A stretch of DNA of 64,000 bases from Fistulifera solaris (taxonomy: Eukaryota), in contig AP026151.1 in NCBI GenBank assembly GCA_030295235.1, positions 620,001 to 684,000 on the forward strand, written 5' to 3'. Position 1 is the first letter of the stretch. Each line of letters begins with the position of its first letter. Positions 61,637 to 64,000 of the stretch are shown piece by piece. The translations under genes were made by a program, and so were the position numbers. The notes beneath the pieces are model-generated. The model saw nothing but the letters and a program-made list of their open reading frames with translations. It was not told the origin of the DNA and did no database searches.

Positions 61637-62536
61637 TCAAACACTCGGTTGCATCCAACGATACAATACATTGGAAACACCAAACATCCACGCCATATGA
61701 TAAGAATTATCAATGACACGGAGCGCCCATCCTCGTGTAAAGGCACGGACTCCCTGTTCGCGGTACATGCGCGCCGCCACGGAGAAAAAGTCCCGGGCCG
61801 CACCCTCATGGAGCGGTTTTTGACTGTGCGTAATGATATTGTCAATGGGATGCGTCAAACTTCCCACAGCACCACCAATGAGTCCACAAATGACCAATTC
61901 GGCCGTGTTGAGTTCCGAAGTGTCACCAGAGATTCTCTTTTGATGAATGCGCCAGTTTTTGGCTTCGGTCGATAAGCCAAAGCGGACGCCCCAATCGAGC
62001 GAACGACGCACCATGGTCGGAACAATCCCATCGTACAGTGCCAAGACTCCGCGTTCCCGCACCACAACTTGCAACGCTTGCGAAGGAGTCATTTGCACCA
62101 TATCTTGTCGGGCCACCGCAAAGAGTTTCATTTTCTGAAAGGGCGTAATGAAAAAGGCCTGTGACAGTCCCCCGACAAATCCCGAAGCTTTCTCGGCAGC
62201 ATCGTGTGCGACACCCATTTGTTGAAAGACTTGCATCGATTCGTGTTGCACAAAGAGGACCGGAACACCCTTGGTACATTGACACAATCCCCACGGCATG
62301 AATCCCCGAAAAAAGGCCCGATGCGCGTAACCACCGGCTTCTTGCATCAATTTGCGGTGCACATTCCAGTACGACGAATCCGTGACGAGTTGTTTTTTGA
62401 GTTGCAAGACATCCAAATAATGTCCTCCCGTGACCATTTCACCAAAGACCATGCAAGGTCCGATGATGAGTTGTTCGAACGCGGGTCGTCGTGTGCGGGG
62501 TTCGCGAATCGCGACGTGTTTGTGGAGCATGGCCAT
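61637..62536 (-). CDS. Mitochondrial carrier family (SLC25) protein
   Basis: 299 aa with three repeats and Px[DE]xx[KR]-like motifs (HYLDVLQ, TPFQKMK, HPIDNII) and GxxA[FL][YFT]xG. Confidence 0.85.
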   Translation of the reverse strand: MAMLHKHVAIREPRTRRPAFEQLIIGPCMVFGEMVTGGHYLDVLQLKKQLVTDSSYWNVHRKLMQEAGGYAHRAFFRGFMPWGLCQCTKGVPVLFVQHESMQVFQQMGVAHDAAEKASGFVGGLSQAFFITPFQKMKLFAVARQDMVQMTPSQALQVVVRERGVLALYDGIVPTMVRRSLDWGVRFGLSTEAKNWRIHQKRISGDTSELNTAELVICGLIGGAVGSLTHPIDNIITHSQKPLHEGAARDFFSVAARMYREQGVRAFTRGWALRVIDNSYHMAWMFGVSNVLYRWMQPSV

Positions 62537-63042
62537 TTTCTAGTGAGAGTCTATTATTCTAAAATGTTTATTGTTGCTTAAAATCAATTCTATCTAATCG
62601 ATTCGATGATGATTCGAAAGAACATGGCAACCTATCGAGAAATGCAGGGTTTTTGGCGGTGATATCGTTTTTCATGGTGGGGATGAAAGTGCAAAACGAA
62701 GGCATGTCACTACACTTTTGTTATAGAATCCAAAGGATTCGCTGTATCAGTCGTGATGTCAGGTTGATGCAAGTGCAACGATCCGTTGACACGATGCGAT
62801 CTCGAGCTAAGAGCGTGCTTAGCGAGAATCTTAGCAACCCGAAGGCGAGATTCGTGGTTCGGGTTTCTACTTTTACAATCATTACTTTGTGTCGCAGCGT
62901 TGTGACGAGAGAACAGACGTGTCACAAACAAACACAGTCACCAGTGGTGAGTCACGAGTCGTGGAATACTCCGGAAAACCCGAAATGACTTTTTTCTTTC
63001 GCATCACAAAAAGCAGAAAAAGCAACAACTGTATCATCAACG

Positions 63043-63657
63043 ATGAAGTTCCTTTTCTTGACGACAAGTTGGATCATTCTATCTTGTCTTGTTCTATCAA
63101 CAACAGCATCCCGGTGGAAATGTTCCGTCGTATTGCGGCACCGACATTACGAACTCGCTTTCTGGCGTCTCCGTATTTCGCGGCAATCTTCCATCTCGAA
63201 ATGGTTCCGCTTTCGTCACTTTACTCCCTACAGTCTCACCGAACAGTGTCAAAGCGACTGGAATAAATTATGGGGCAAATCACGGTGTGGGAATCATCAT
63301 CATGACGATAGTGATCGCTTCGTCTGGAGGGCTACGACCGATGGCAACATTCAATTGGCGGCGTATGCGTACGATCAGGGCAAGAAACCCTTTCAAAACG
63401 AAGGAACTTTGTTAAAGACATTCACAACTACAATTGCACCGCAACAGAAAGTGGGATCGAAGATAGAATGGTTTCTGGATCGCACCGAGTATTCTCTTTT
63501 CGATGAAAATGGAACTCTGTTGGAGATGGTAACAATTGAACATGAGAATACTTGCGCCAACTATAATCGCGGTTACATGCTGGGTTTGTATTTCGGGGGA
63601 AACTGTCGAGCACCGGATCGGGTTACCGTGTGTTTTCAAGAAACGTCTGACTTGTAA
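63043..63657 (+). CDS. Secreted ~200-aa protein, possible concanavalin-like/glycan-active fold
   Basis: Signal peptide MKFLFLTTSWIILSCLVLSTTA; motifs DWNKLWG, DSDRFVWR, IQLAAYAY, LYFGGNCRAP. Confidence 0.6.
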   Translation: MKFLFLTTSWIILSCLVLSTTASRWKCSVVLRHRHYELAFWRLRISRQSSISKWFRFRHFTPYSLTEQCQSDWNKLWGKSRCGNHHHDDSDRFVWRATTDGNIQLAAYAYDQGKKPFQNEGTLLKTFTTTIAPQQKVGSKIEWFLDRTEYSLFDENGTLLEMVTIEHENTCANYNRGYMLGLYFGGNCRAPDRVTVCFQETSDL

Positions 63658-64000
63658 AATAAAGCAGTTTTGTTGCACTTTTTACTTTCCACAAGTTGCT
63701 GTCCCCTTTGCAACTGCAACTGCGTTAGCTCTTGGGGAACATAATGACACTTTCCCGTCCGTGTACTGCATACTTGCAAAAGAGTGGGAAATTTTGCAAA
63801 GCGGTTGTAAAAAATACTAAATCCTTCCGCTGTATACGTTTCGTTGCCGATTTTGATCACATCCCCTTCCTTGGCCAAACGCCGTGTGACCTGTTTGGCG
63901 CGTTTCGCACGTTGGACCCATCGTTCTGCCATGGTACGTCGTTTTTTGACAAATGTTTGACCAATGGTGCTTTCCATGTCCGCCGGCAGGCGCTGTCCGG

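Noticed and set aside
1..64000. Calling the many frameshifted genes pseudogenes
   Set aside because: Single-base indels hit even conserved genes (prfA, MYB3R, antiporter), and the otherwise identical LTR pair differs only by indels. This points to consensus error; short-read polishing would decide.
63636..64000. Minus-strand ORF at the window edge
   Set aside because: Probably the 3' end of a gene starting outside the window, but there is no recognisable motif and the stop position is uncertain.

Overview
Gene-dense eukaryotic nuclear DNA with short (~70 nt) GT-AG introns and several bipartite signal+transit peptides, typical of a diatom. The expanded RNI/LRR-like families suggest a raphid pennate such as Fistulifera (inference). 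Many genes carry single-base indels, mostly in homopolymers, which I read as assembly error. Housekeeping genes: MBOAT acyltransferase, RlmI-type methyltransferase, F-box/JmjC, GH30, plastid RF1, CPA2 antiporter, formate/nitrite transporter, cyclophilin, 3R-MYB and a mitochondrial carrier. They are interleaved with two expanded families: eight 'MTYTIKRLREEG' RNI/LRR-like paralogs in two opposed clusters, and seven RVxF-motif genes forming a large inverted duplication (29.0-32.7 kb vs 47.4-57.5 kb). There are at least eight TE insertions. The strongest signal is a full-length Copia (CoDi-like) LTR retrotransposon whose primer-binding site is not tRNA-complementary but is the perfect 14-nt reverse complement of its own LTR, implying Tf1-style self-priming. 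Also present are a 394-bp TRIM, two Harbinger-like MITEs sharing TIRs but carrying different palindromic arrays (one splits a signal peptide), a P-like MITE, a 23-bp-TIR MITE and two copies of a 78-bp hairpin element.
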